64,000 nucleotides of DNA. Source: an uncultured Bacteroidales bacterium. GTDB taxonomy: Bacteria; Bacteroidota; Bacteroidia; Bacteroidales; Porphyromonadaceae. This document shows, piece by piece, positions 1-9,488 of the stretch (position 1 is the stretch's first letter; the number at the start of each line of letters is the position of its first letter). The notes under the pieces are model-generated. The model saw nothing but the letters and a program-made list of their open reading frames with translations. It searched no databases and was not told where the DNA came from. Position numbers and translations under genes: made by a program. The stretch lies in assembly GCA_902489445.1 (NCBI GenBank), contig CABTZX010000001.1, positions 38,606 to 102,605 on the forward strand, in the 5' to 3' direction.

Positions 1-2
1 AA

Positions 3-554
3 CTGATAGCACTATACAGAGAGGGTAGTAGTACGGCTTTCAATACGCTCGTATTGCGCTATGATGCGCCTTTACATACCTTTATACGTATGTCGGTGAA
101 CGATGGTGCGCTGGCGGACGATATTTTTCAGGATACATTTATGAAGGTTATCCTTACGCTTCGTGAGGGTAAATACACCGGTCAGGGCAAGTTCAAGGCG
201 TGGGTGACGCAAGTTGCCCGTAATTTGATCATAGATCACTTTAGGCGCGTCAAGGTTAAGAACGTTATTTCTGAATGGGATGAGAGCTTTCGGGAAGAAC
301 TCTCGGAACGATTGCCTTCGGAAGAGCGAAATGCGGAGGAAGAACTAATACGCCAGAGCGAACATAGAGCGCTGCACGACTGGATAGCTAAGCTGCCGCA
401 AGCGCAACGCGAGGTACTACAGCTTCGTTACCTTGAGGATATGAGCTTTAAGGAAATAGCTATGCAGACCGGAGTTAGCATCAATACTGCGCTGGGACGT
501 ATGCGGTACGCGCTCATCAATCTGCGTAAAGAAGCAACAACGGCGTATCGTTAG
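3..554 (+). CDS. RNA polymerase sigma-70 factor, ECF subfamily (5' end lies outside the window)
   Basis: Translation carries ECF region 2 (DIFQDTFMKV...) and region 4 (REVLQLRYLEDMSFKEIAMQTGVSINTALGRMRYALINLRK). The reading frame stays open back to window position 3, so the true start is upstream of the window. Confidence 0.85.
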   Translation: MIALYREGSSTAFNTLVLRYDAPLHTFIRMSVNDGALADDIFQDTFMKVILTLREGKYTGQGKFKAWVTQVARNLIIDHFRRVKVKNVISEWDESFREELSERLPSEERNAEEELIRQSEHRALHDWIAKLPQAQREVLQLRYLEDMSFKEIAMQTGVSINTALGRMRYALINLRKEATTAYR

Positions 555-570
555 GCTGATCTGCAGGCAA

Positions 571-1635
571 CTACTTTGCGAGGGCAAGAAAGTCCGCAAG
601 TACCAGAGCGGTCATAGCTTCAACAACGGCTGTTGCTCGTAGGGCGATACAGGGATCGTGTCGTCCGGATGCTATGAAGGTAGTGGGCTTCCCATCCGTA
701 GTTATGGTGCGTTGCGCCATATGAATAGTGGGCGTGGGCTTAAAGGCAATCTTAAAGAAAAGAGGTTGTCCCGTGGAAATACCACCCAGAATTCCGCCGG
801 AATGATTCGATAGAAAGCGCGGTTTCCCGTTGTTATCCGGCTCCATGGCATCATTTGCTTCACTGCCACGCATAGATGCGAGCGCAAATCCATCGCCTAT
901 TTCGAATCCTTTTGCTCCGTTGATGCTCATCATTGCATAGCTGAGGCGCGCGCTCAACTTGTTATATATTGGTTCTCCCCATCCTTCCGGTACGCTCTCA
1001 ACAATGCAAGCTATGCAGCCGCCTATACTGTCTCCCTCGGCACGAACCGATTCGATAAGCTGCGCCATGCGTTGATCTGCACTGGGATTGGGACAACGTG
1101 TGGCAAACTCATAGGCTCGCTCCGGCTCCAATCGTTCATCAGGAGATACGCTTATATCTCCAATTTGGCAAACAAATGGCATTATACGGATTCCGTATCG
1201 TGCCAGCCATTGCGAAGCGATGGCTCCGGCTATGCAACGCACTGCCGTTTCGCGCGCAGAGCTACGTCCTCCTCCGGGCAACGGACGCAAGCCGTACTTG
1301 GCAAAATAGGTGTAATCGGCATGCCCGGGGCGGAATAATCCTTGTAGTTTGGTGTAGTCTGCACTCCGCACATCCCTGTTTTCAATGAGAAATGCAATAG
1401 GAGCACCTGTGGTTACGGATGCTTCGGTTAGTCCTGATAGGAAGCGAACTTCGTCCTTTTCGTTACGTTCGGAGGTAAGCGTGCTATTCCCCGGCTTACG
1501 ATGCTCCATAAAGCGTTTTACCGCGTCTTTATCAATGGGAAGCCCGGCAGGTAATCCGTCCAAAACACCTCCTACACAAAAGCCGTGCGACTCCCCAAAA
1601 GTGGTGAGCCGCACGTTGTTTCCGAACGTATTCAT
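571..1635 (-). CDS. aroC: chorismate synthase
   Basis: 354 aa. The N-terminus MNTFGNNVRLTTFGESHGFCVGGVLDGLPAGLPID and the GGRSSARETAVR motif are characteristic of AroC. Confidence 0.9.
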   Translation of the reverse strand: MNTFGNNVRLTTFGESHGFCVGGVLDGLPAGLPIDKDAVKRFMEHRKPGNSTLTSERNEKDEVRFLSGLTEASVTTGAPIAFLIENRDVRSADYTKLQGLFRPGHADYTYFAKYGLRPLPGGGRSSARETAVRCIAGAIASQWLARYGIRIMPFVCQIGDISVSPDERLEPERAYEFATRCPNPSADQRMAQLIESVRAEGDSIGGCIACIVESVPEGWGEPIYNKLSARLSYAMMSINGAKGFEIGDGFALASMRGSEANDAMEPDNNGKPRFLSNHSGGILGGISTGQPLFFKIAFKPTPTIHMAQRTITTDGKPTTFIASGRHDPCIALRATAVVEAMTALVLADFLALAK

Positions 1636-1689
1636 ATGGATCTTTGCCCAAATCGGGCTATCGTTTTCGTTTCGGGGTAAGGATTGTGC

Positions 1690-2277
1690 TTAATGACAGC
1701 CCGAACAGCCGTGTCCGCAACCCTCCTCGTGTTCTTGGTCGCAATCGCAGTGACCACCGCAATCGCAGCCTCCTTCGTGACTATGCGCCAGTGCTTCAAT
1801 GCGGGCACGATCCTCGTCGGTAGCGGGCCGCGCTGTAAGAACGCTTCCGATAAAGTGTAGCGTTTCGCCGGCGAGCGGATGGTTGAAGTCCATTTCAACC
1901 TCATTATCGGTTACTTCCACTACGGTACCCTGTATTTTGTGCCCATCGCTGGTCATCATTGGTAGTGTGTGCCCTTCTTGTACGTTAGCGGCATCAAAGT
2001 TACCTGATGCATCCTTGAATATTTCCTTCGATAATTTGAGGATCATATCTTCGCGAACTTCGCCGTACGCTTCGTTAGGGGTGAGAAGAAAATCAAAGTT
2101 ATCTCCTTCCTCAAGTCCCTCGAGTTTGGCTTCGAAGGCTGGTAGCATCATTTCAGCTCCTTGAATATAGATGAGCGGAGCTTCCGCGGTAGCTTGCTCA
2201 ATAAGGTTATCCTCGTCTTTTTCTCCCAAATAAAGGTCGTAGCGGCATGCTACATAGTGGTCTTTCGCAATAGGCAT
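1690..2277 (-). CDS. slyD: FKBP-type peptidyl-prolyl cis-trans isomerase SlyD with a His/Cys-rich metal-binding tail
   Basis: FKBP fold with an inserted-flap domain, plus a C-terminal HSHEGGCDCGGHCDCDQEHEEGCGHGCSGCH tail typical of SlyD. Confidence 0.8.
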   Translation of the reverse strand: MPIAKDHYVACRYDLYLGEKDEDNLIEQATAEAPLIYIQGAEMMLPAFEAKLEGLEEGDNFDFLLTPNEAYGEVREDMILKLSKEIFKDASGNFDAANVQEGHTLPMMTSDGHKIQGTVVEVTDNEVEMDFNHPLAGETLHFIGSVLTARPATDEDRARIEALAHSHEGGCDCGGHCDCDQEHEEGCGHGCSGCH

Positions 2278-2408
2278 AATTTAGTGTCTCTTTTTGTCTG
2301 TCTGCTCTTTTCGTTATCGGTAACGCAGCACGCATCCTTGGATAACCAACTGCTACCGCAGAACAAAGGTAATGGAAACGTGGAAATGAGCCAACCCGAA
2401 GCTTACAT

Positions 2409-2909
2409 TTAGAATGTAGGACAGTTCAGAATTGGGCAACTTATATAGCTTTTCCTGCGTTTGGCAAGGAAGTTACGCATAAAATCCTTGCGCGCATCGT
2501 CCAGCTTCAGTAGTTTTTCGGGCGAAAGCAATTGGGCAAGAGCCACCTCAGTCTTATAGGAGAGCGCGGCATCCTGCTCACGTGTTTTCTGCAACAGAGC
2601 GTAATACTCCATAACCTCACTTTGGGTTAGCTTCTGCTTTTTCTTGAGTGCTTTACGTTGCTCCAATACCTTTTCCCATAATGCAGCGCGCTCCACATCC
2701 CATTTGTTCAGAATTGCGGCAACATCCTCACTCTCTTGATTGGTCAGACCAAGCTCTTTTTGGATGAATTCGCGCCTATCTTCTAGTAATTCCTTACGCT
2801 CGTACGCCCCACCAACACCGTGCCGTAAGCAATGTTGTGCGGAGAGTGGTGCCAATCCTGCCATAATCCATAGAACAGCAGTAACGAAACGAATAATATA
2901 ATTCTTCAT
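2409..2909 (-). CDS. periplasmic Spy/CpxP-like protein (LTXXQ-motif family), signal peptide present
   Basis: N-terminal signal peptide. Helical, charged, K/E-rich sequence with an LGLTNQESEDV (LTXXQ-like) motif. Same strand as, and directly downstream of, a small single-TM protein. Confidence 0.5.
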   Translation of the reverse strand: MKNYIIRFVTAVLWIMAGLAPLSAQHCLRHGVGGAYERKELLEDRREFIQKELGLTNQESEDVAAILNKWDVERAALWEKVLEQRKALKKKQKLTQSEVMEYYALLQKTREQDAALSYKTEVALAQLLSPEKLLKLDDARKDFMRNFLAKRRKSYISCPILNCPTF

Positions 2910-2933
2910 ATTCGGATGGTAATCAGATGGTTG

Positions 2934-3362
2934 TTATGGTTCTAAGTAGACTTCATCGAGCCAATCTTCATCAAGAATGCGATCGGCTGCATAGACGGAG
3001 TAAAGCTCGGCAAAGTCACTCTCGGCTGTTTGGGTAGAGGTTTTAGGCGTATTTTCTTCGGCGCATACCGAAATCTTCGTTTCCTTTTCGGCAAGATCGT
3101 TACGAACCAACCGAAGCATACGCACAGAACCAATAACCACAACGAAAGTAGCTGCCATATAAAGGTAAGGACGCAGTACAAGCGATAAGCGACTTATGCG
3201 GGGAACAGATTGTTGTTCCTGCACTTCAACCTGAGGCTCGTTGGCGATGCGTGCTTCCATTTGCGCTTTCAGATCGGTAAAGTAGCCGTCCGGCACTCGG
3301 TATGCCCGGCGGCAACTCTCTCCGGAGGGTATTGGGCTGGCTTTATTTCCTTTTGTAGTCAT
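2934..3362 (-). CDS. hypothetical single-pass membrane protein (anti-sigma-factor-like topology)
   Basis: 142 aa. Cytoplasmic N-terminus, one hydrophobic TM segment (YLYMAATFVVVIGSV), acidic C-terminus. Probably in an operon with the Spy-like gene. Confidence 0.45.
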   Translation of the reverse strand: MTTKGNKASPIPSGESCRRAYRVPDGYFTDLKAQMEARIANEPQVEVQEQQSVPRISRLSLVLRPYLYMAATFVVVIGSVRMLRLVRNDLAEKETKISVCAEENTPKTSTQTAESDFAELYSVYAADRILDEDWLDEVYLEP

Positions 3363-3594
3363 ACATCACTCGGATTGCACTTTTGCTTAGGTTCAATCCT
3401 TCTATTCTAATAAGAGTGCAAAAGAAGCAAAGGTTTAATCAAACGGAAGCCTTTTGTTTCCTTTCAATGATATGAGGAGCTCCTACAGATGTCTGTCTTG
3501 CATAATTCATTCGCTGTATCAACGTCGGGCAGAGGTCGCTCAATATACATCCGTTTGTAAAAGACTATTTTTCCGCCTAAGGTTCATCGGGGCC

Positions 3595-3704
3595 AAAAGG
3601 TATATACCTTTTCAGTGAAAGGTATATAAGTTTCGTTTCAAAGGTATATAGGTATCATCCGATAGTTATATAGCTTTCGGCAAGTGAAAACTATAGGTAG
3701 TTTC
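3595..3704. repeat. array of 5 tandem copies of the palindromic-box repeat (unit about 22 bp; core AAAGGTATATACCTTT)
   Basis: aaaaggtatatacctttt / gaaaggtatataagtttc / caaaggtatataggtatc / gatagttatatagctttc / gaaaactataggtagtttc. Confidence 0.85.
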
Positions 3705-3716
3705 AGTCGGAATCGT

Positions 3717-3724
3717 TATCTTTG
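3717..3724 (+). promoter_or_regulatory. candidate Bacteroidetes sigma-A -7 element (TAnnTTTG) upstream of the SOD gene
   Basis: TATCTTTG lies about 50 nt upstream of the ATG at 3774. It matches the TAnnTTTG consensus of Bacteroidetes primary promoters. Confidence 0.3.
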
Positions 3725-3773
3725 TTGGAAGTAATGTGTAAGGAAACGAATAATCATTAACTAAAAGACCATT

Positions 3774-4370
3774 ATGACACACAAACTAATCGAATTACCG
3801 TACAAAGCAGGTGCTTTGGCTCCTGTTATCAGTGAGGAAACTATTAACTATCACCACGGAAAGCACCTAAAAGGGTACGTGGATACATTGAATAAGCTGA
3901 TCGCCGGTACCGAGTTCGAATCCATGTCGTTGGGCGAAATCGTAAAGAAGGCAGAAGGCAAAATGTACAATCAAGCAGGTCAGGTACTGAACCATAACCT
4001 CTATTTCTTGCAGTTCTGCGGAGAAAAGGGCGGAGGCAAACCATCCGGTAAGTTGGCGGAAGCCATTAATAAGAAGTGGGGTAGCTTCGAACAGTTCCAA
4101 CAGGCTATGAATGATGCCTCAACGGGGCTATTCGGAAGCGGTTGGGCATGGCTCGCTGCAGACGAAAAGGGCGAACTCTCGATTGAATCGATGCCTAATG
4201 CCGGTAATCCCTATCGTGCGGGGCTCAATCCGCTGCTCTGCTTTGACGTATGGGAACATGCCTACTACCTGAGCTATCAGAACCGCCGTGCTGATCACGT
4301 TAAGGATCTGTGGAGCATTGTTCGCTGGGACGTGATCGAAAAACGATACGAAGAACGCCCCAAGTACTAA
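3774..4370 (+). CDS. sodB: Fe/Mn superoxide dismutase
   Basis: 198 aa. Metal-ligand context HHGKHL...NHNLYF...DVWEHAYYL. Roughly 70% identical by eye to the Porphyromonas gingivalis SOD sequence. Confidence 0.95.
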   Translation: MTHKLIELPYKAGALAPVISEETINYHHGKHLKGYVDTLNKLIAGTEFESMSLGEIVKKAEGKMYNQAGQVLNHNLYFLQFCGEKGGGKPSGKLAEAINKKWGSFEQFQQAMNDASTGLFGSGWAWLAADEKGELSIESMPNAGNPYRAGLNPLLCFDVWEHAYYLSYQNRRADHVKDLWSIVRWDVIEKRYEERPKY

Positions 4371-4451
4371 CATTGCGTAAAGCGCGGCGAGCAGCATCGC
4401 GCTGAAACTGCGCTGCAACCTTCGGAAAAGCTAACCGAAGAAAGACCGAAC

Positions 4452-4483
4452 GACGGGTGAGGGAATCAATTCCCCCACCCGTC
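4452..4483 (+). terminator. hairpin downstream of the SOD gene (no clear T-tract)
   Basis: GACGGGTGAGGG-aatcaatt-CCCCACCCGTC forms an imperfect 12-bp stem about 80 nt after the stop codon. Confidence 0.3.
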
Positions 4484-4637
4484 TTCCCTTAAATGCTGTT
4501 CTATTAGGCTCGCGAGCAGGTCTGATAGACTGTAGACGTTTCACGTCGCTTTTCTTGCAGTTGCTACGCTTCTCGTTAATGAGATATAGAGGAATGAGGG
4601 GTGGTTTTCCGTTAGTAATCGCAAGAAAGCAGTAATT

Positions 4638-7298
4638 TTGCGAGGAAACAGGTATCATACGTATATGACGGACGAACAAGACAATATGGGGCTATTTAAC
4701 GAGCAAAACGGAGAATCAAGCGGAGAATCAAACGAAGAACAGTTGCATTCCGCGCAAAAGAGCGAAATGGAAGGTGATTCGATAGTGGGCGAACCTATGG
4801 CACACTCAGAAGCAACTCTGCCTGCTGACGAGGATATCAAAACGCTGCCGGGAATGTATCGTACGTGGTTCTTGGATTATGCTTCCTATGTAATCCTTGA
4901 GCGCGCTATACCCCATATTGAGGATGGCCTTAAACCGGTGCAGCGGCGCGTCTTATACGCGATGCATCTCTTTGAGAATGGTCATTTGCATAAAGTCGCT
5001 AAGATAGTAGGGCAAACGATGGCGTATCATCCGCATGGAGATGCTTCCATTAACGATGCTCTGGTACAACTCGGTCAGAAAGGATTACTTATTGATACGC
5101 AGGGAAACTGGGGGAATATCCTCACCGGAGATGAAGCTGCCGCCGGACGATACATCGAAGCAAAGCTGTCGTCCTTTGCGCTGGAAGTGGCTTTTGACGA
5201 TAATATTACTGAGATGCGCCCAACTTATGATGCTACTGCCGAGGAACCTGTTTATCTGCCGGTACGCTTTCCGCTCCTTTTGGCACAAGGAGCCGAGGGA
5301 ATTGCCGTAGGTCTTTCGTCCAAAATATATCCGCATAATCCCAAGGAACTTTTGGAAGCTGCAATTGCCTATTTGGAAGGTAAAGAGTTTGAGCTGTATC
5401 CTGACTTTCCCACCGGTGGATTGCTTGATGTAGATCGCTATAATGATGGTCGGCGTGGGGGGCAAATGAAGAGCCGTGCGCGTATAGAACGTATCGGAGA
5501 TCGGGTGCTGAGTATCACTTCGCTTCCGTACGGTAAAACAACGGCAATGCTGATTGATTCGATTTTACGTGCCAACGACAAGGGACAGATCAAGGTAAAA
5601 CATATAGACGATATGACGGCCCAGGAGGCGGATATACGCATTCAGCTACCGCAAGGCGTTTCCACGGATAAAACAATTGACGGATTATATGCCTTTACCG
5701 ATTGCGAAGTATCCTTAGCACCCAATGCTTGCGTGATACAGGATGGAAAGCCGGCATTCCTCGGTGTATCGGATCTTTTGAAGCATAGTGCCGATAGAAC
5801 CGTCGAATTACTGAAAGCTGAATTGGAACATCGGCTACACGAATTGCGCGAAGGGCATGTAGCGGCCTCATTGGAACGGATCTTTATTGAAGAACGCATC
5901 TATAAGGAACAGCCCTTTGAAGAGGCTTCTAACGAAAAAGAAGCCTTGGATTATGTTGAAAAACGTATTCTGGCGTTGCCCGGGCTCACTTTTGTGCGAG
6001 CCATTAAACGTGAAGATCTGAAACGTCTTTTGGAAATAAAGATGGCGCGCATTCTTCGTTTTAACCGAGCGGCTCACGATAAGAAGATTGCCCGAATCGA
6101 ACAAGAGATGGCACAGCTCGCAGATAATATTGAGCATATTGTAGCCTATACGATTGCCTATTACAAACGTTTGATTGAGGAACACTTTGCAGACTGGCAA
6201 CGGAAAACAACTTTGGCACGCTTTTCCAATATAGAGGCAACCAAAGTGATAGAAGCTACCGAACGTCTCTTTTGGGATGCTGAGGGCGGTTTTGCCGGTA
6301 CTCAGATTAAGAACGGAACCTTTGTAACAGAATGTTCGCTATTAGACGATATGATCGTTTTCTTCCGGGATGGAACTTATCTTATTACTAAAATTGAGGA
6401 GAAGAAGTTTTTAGGCAAAAAGGAGGTTATTCATATTGATCGGTATATACGTAATGATAAGCGAACCATTTATAATGTAATTTATCGTAGTGGAACACAG
6501 GGCCCTTGTTTCATAAAACGATTCTACGTTACCGGGATGGTTCGCGATAAAGAATATAATTTAACTACCGGAAAGGCAGGCTCGAAGGTGCTTTACTTTA
6601 CTGCCAATCCCAATGGAGAAGCTGAAACCGTGCGCATAACTCTTAAGCAACAACTGAGAATGCGTAACTTGGTTTTCGAAAAAGATTTCAGCGAAATACT
6701 CATTAAAGGGCGAACGAGTAGAGGAAATTTGGTAACTCGAGCCACGATTCAGCGTATTTTGCTTAAAGAAAAAGGTGCATCTACGCTGGGCGGTCGTAAG
6801 GTTTGGTTCGATAAGGACGTGCTTCGCATAAACTTTAACGAACAAGGCACTTTGTTGGGCGAATTTGAGGCAGAGGACAAATTATTGGTTGTGTGCAAAA
6901 GTGGCTTGTACTTTACGGCAGAAGTGGATGAAAGCGTTCATTTCCCGGCAGATTTGCTCTGTGTAGAGCGTTTTGATCCCAATAAGGTATGGAGTGCCGT
7001 CTACAGAGAAGGTGAGCAGGGATATGTATACTTAAAGCGTTTTCAGTTTACGGATCGCGAAAAACCTCTACAACTGCAAGGCGAAGGCAACAAACTGATG
7101 CAGCTGAGCGATGCGGCATCTGCATCCCTTGTAATTCGTTATGGTGGTAAGGACGAGCATAGACCCGAGGATCAGGAATCAATAGTTGATTTTGTTGGAG
7201 TAAAAGGCATAGGCGCCAAAGGGAAACGACTTACAACACGTGAGGTTTCTGAAGTAGAAGTAGTTGAAAACGAGGAAGAAGAATCTACAGGAGAATGA
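4638..7298 (+). CDS. parC: DNA topoisomerase IV subunit A-like protein (GyrA/ParC family)
   Basis: 886 aa. GLKPVQRRVLYAM and YHPHGD active-site-region motifs of type IIA topoisomerase A subunits. The length and divergence fit the Bacteroidetes ParC type. The true start may be the internal Met at about 4665. Confidence 0.75.
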   Translation: MRGNRYHTYMTDEQDNMGLFNEQNGESSGESNEEQLHSAQKSEMEGDSIVGEPMAHSEATLPADEDIKTLPGMYRTWFLDYASYVILERAIPHIEDGLKPVQRRVLYAMHLFENGHLHKVAKIVGQTMAYHPHGDASINDALVQLGQKGLLIDTQGNWGNILTGDEAAAGRYIEAKLSSFALEVAFDDNITEMRPTYDATAEEPVYLPVRFPLLLAQGAEGIAVGLSSKIYPHNPKELLEAAIAYLEGKEFELYPDFPTGGLLDVDRYNDGRRGGQMKSRARIERIGDRVLSITSLPYGKTTAMLIDSILRANDKGQIKVKHIDDMTAQEADIRIQLPQGVSTDKTIDGLYAFTDCEVSLAPNACVIQDGKPAFLGVSDLLKHSADRTVELLKAELEHRLHELREGHVAASLERIFIEERIYKEQPFEEASNEKEALDYVEKRILALPGLTFVRAIKREDLKRLLEIKMARILRFNRAAHDKKIARIEQEMAQLADNIEHIVAYTIAYYKRLIEEHFADWQRKTTLARFSNIEATKVIEATERLFWDAEGGFAGTQIKNGTFVTECSLLDDMIVFFRDGTYLITKIEEKKFLGKKEVIHIDRYIRNDKRTIYNVIYRSGTQGPCFIKRFYVTGMVRDKEYNLTTGKAGSKVLYFTANPNGEAETVRITLKQQLRMRNLVFEKDFSEILIKGRTSRGNLVTRATIQRILLKEKGASTLGGRKVWFDKDVLRINFNEQGTLLGEFEAEDKLLVVCKSGLYFTAEVDESVHFPADLLCVERFDPNKVWSAVYREGEQGYVYLKRFQFTDREKPLQLQGEGNKLMQLSDAASASLVIRYGGKDEHRPEDQESIVDFVGVKGIGAKGKRLTTREVSEVEVVENEEEESTGE

Positions 7299-8161
7299 AA
7301 CGTATTATCTGTATAGTTGCCGTTCTATTTACCTTTGTACAGGTGGCATTTGCCCAGGAGAACGCATCGCTTCCTCCGAGCAACTACCTCTCTTTCAAAG
7401 CAGGAATAGGGGGAACGGTTATCACGGACGAATGGCTCAGTCCGCTTAGGTATGGAGGAACCGCCTATACGCTATCGGGTGAGGGCGAGTTTCCGTTTAC
7501 CCATAAAGGGCAATGGATGCTTCGTATGGATAGCTATTTCCAGTATTCAAATACATTAAATCCGGCACAAAATGCCTCCATTAGCTACTTTCGTGGGGAA
7601 TTCCATCCTGAAGCTATGGTACGTTTCGCTTTGCCCTACGGATTCCGTTTGGGGGTTGGCCCCGGCATACGTATTGCCGGAGGAGCGCGGATCCATTCGC
7701 GTAACGGTAATAATCCCGCATCTTTTGATGCCAAAGCGGACATAACGGCGGGAGTATTGCTGGGCTGGCGCGTTCCTTCTCCTAAATGGCCCATAGCACT
7801 TCGTCTATATGCTAATATCAATACCATAGGGGTTGCCAACCGAATCGGATACGCAGAAAGCTATTATGAGCAGTTTTATGTAGACGGGGGATTTGTGCGC
7901 TCGGCTCTGTGTACACATTGGGGCAATCAGCTCCAATCCACGCTATCGTTTACCGTTGACGTACCGCTTTGGAATGCCATTACGTTGCAAGCCGGCTATA
8001 GGTTCGATGCGGATGCGGCACGAATTAGTTCGCGCAGAAGGATTATGACAACTCACACCGGATTCGTGGGAATTTCCTTTGAAACCCTCTGGCTACGAGG
8101 CCGGAGAGCCACAACCTCAGATAAAGCAAAATCGTTTTTGTTTGGAAACGTAGCACTATGA
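7295..8161 (+). CDS. hypothetical outer-membrane (beta-barrel-like) protein with signal peptide
   Basis: Signal peptide MKRIICIVAVLFTFVQVAFAQ. Alternating aromatic/Gly-rich beta-strand-like sequence. Overlaps the parC stop codon by 4 nt (ATGA). Confidence 0.5.
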   Translation: MKRIICIVAVLFTFVQVAFAQENASLPPSNYLSFKAGIGGTVITDEWLSPLRYGGTAYTLSGEGEFPFTHKGQWMLRMDSYFQYSNTLNPAQNASISYFRGEFHPEAMVRFALPYGFRLGVGPGIRIAGGARIHSRNGNNPASFDAKADITAGVLLGWRVPSPKWPIALRLYANINTIGVANRIGYAESYYEQFYVDGGFVRSALCTHWGNQLQSTLSFTVDVPLWNAITLQAGYRFDADAARISSRRRIMTTHTGFVGISFETLWLRGRRATTSDKAKSFLFGNVAL

Positions 8162-9207
8162 TCAAGAACATAAAACAACTCATTTTCGGTATTCTGCTCC
8201 TTGTTGCACTCGCATCCTGCTCTACTGAAGGCGATTACAACAGGGATGCCGGAACAAACTATCGCGCTCTATGGCGAGTTTTGGACGAAGGTTATTGTTA
8301 CTTTGATCAGAAACTTCCCAAGGATAGTACTTGGAGCGATATGTACGATAAGTACCTACCACTTGTGCAAAAAGCAAAGAATGACGATGATCTATTTGAT
8401 GCTATGGCGCTCTTAGTAAACGAGTTGAAGGACGGGCATGTCAATTTGATTACACCTTTTGATGTGAGTCGTTACAAAGGATGGTACAAAAATCACCCTG
8501 CCAATATCGATTACAAGGTGCGCAACCTATATTTGGGCGAGGATTACCGCACCGCTTCCGGCATCGCTTATAACAAGATTTTGTACAATGGCCATTCGCG
8601 CGATAAAATAGGGCTGATGGTCTATTCCTCTTTCTCTTCTCCCATCGGAGCCGGCAATATAGCCCATGTATTCCTTCGCTTTAAGGATTGCAAGGGAATT
8701 ATATTGGATGTGCGGGATAATGGTGGGGGAAATGTGGCTTATGCCGAGTTGCTTGCGTCACATTTTGCTGAAGAGCACACGCCGGTGGGTTATATGCGCT
8801 ATAAGACCGGAAAGGGGCATAACGATTTTTCGGAACGGTATGAACTATCGATAGATACGCTTAAGCAGAGCATTCGTTGGCTTCGTCCGGTCGTGGTGCT
8901 TACGAACAGGGGAATGTATAGTGCAGCTAACGATTTTGCTCTTTATATGAAGGCAATGCCCTATGCAACTCTGTTGGGTGATACTACCGGAGGTGGAGGC
9001 GGTCTACCACGTTCGAGCGAACTTCCCAACGGATGGGCTGTACGTTACTCTTCAAGTGTAACCACTGATTTGGACGATAAACATATTGAGTTCGGCGTGG
9101 CTCCGGATAAGGTGATCCTCTTGAAGGATGAAGACGTTGCAGCCGGCAAAGATACTTTAATAGAAGAAGCTATCCGGCTTATTAAAAGTCAGTACATCAA
9201 GCAATAA
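8158..9207 (+). CDS. S41-family (tail-specific/C-terminal processing-like) peptidase lipoprotein
   Basis: Lipoprotein signal ending LVALASCS. The DVRDNGGGN motif and a Ser/Lys-dyad-type segment (VVVLTNRGMYSAANDFALYMK) are typical of S41 peptidases. Confidence 0.65.
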   Translation: MIKNIKQLIFGILLLVALASCSTEGDYNRDAGTNYRALWRVLDEGYCYFDQKLPKDSTWSDMYDKYLPLVQKAKNDDDLFDAMALLVNELKDGHVNLITPFDVSRYKGWYKNHPANIDYKVRNLYLGEDYRTASGIAYNKILYNGHSRDKIGLMVYSSFSSPIGAGNIAHVFLRFKDCKGIILDVRDNGGGNVAYAELLASHFAEEHTPVGYMRYKTGKGHNDFSERYELSIDTLKQSIRWLRPVVVLTNRGMYSAANDFALYMKAMPYATLLGDTTGGGGGLPRSSELPNGWAVRYSSSVTTDLDDKHIEFGVAPDKVILLKDEDVAAGKDTLIEEAIRLIKSQYIKQ

Positions 9208-9260
9208 AGTCAGTGCAAATGTATCGTATTGCTTCTGCTTAGGATACTCGAAGCATTGCG

Positions 9261-9348
9261 GAAAAAGGTATATACATATCAAACGAAAGGTATATACCTT
9301 TTGCTCTAAACATCTATACCTATTGAGTGAAAGGTATAGATGTTTTTC
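9261..9348. repeat. palindromic-box repeat array, 4 copies
   Basis: gaaaaaggtatatacatatc / aaacgaaaggtatatacctttt / catctatacctattg / gaaaggtatagatgttttt. Confidence 0.85.
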
Positions 9349-9488
9349 CGAGTAGTGTACAGGTATGCTTCGGAAGTTCCCGATTGGCTATGGAAACCCA
9401 TACCGGCACATCGGCAAAATAGCTACCTTTGCCAAAGAGAATTTAGGGTTGATCTCAACGGAGCATCCCAACAAGGTAGAAGGCGTGT

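Noticed and set aside
3595-3704. CRISPR array interpretation of the 22-bp palindromic-box arrays (and of the CTATAGACTTT array at 15521)
   Set aside because: The units are only about 22 bp in total with a roughly 6-bp variable part, far below CRISPR repeat-plus-spacer dimensions. There are 3-5 copies, no cas genes and no leader. The same unit is dispersed at many loci.
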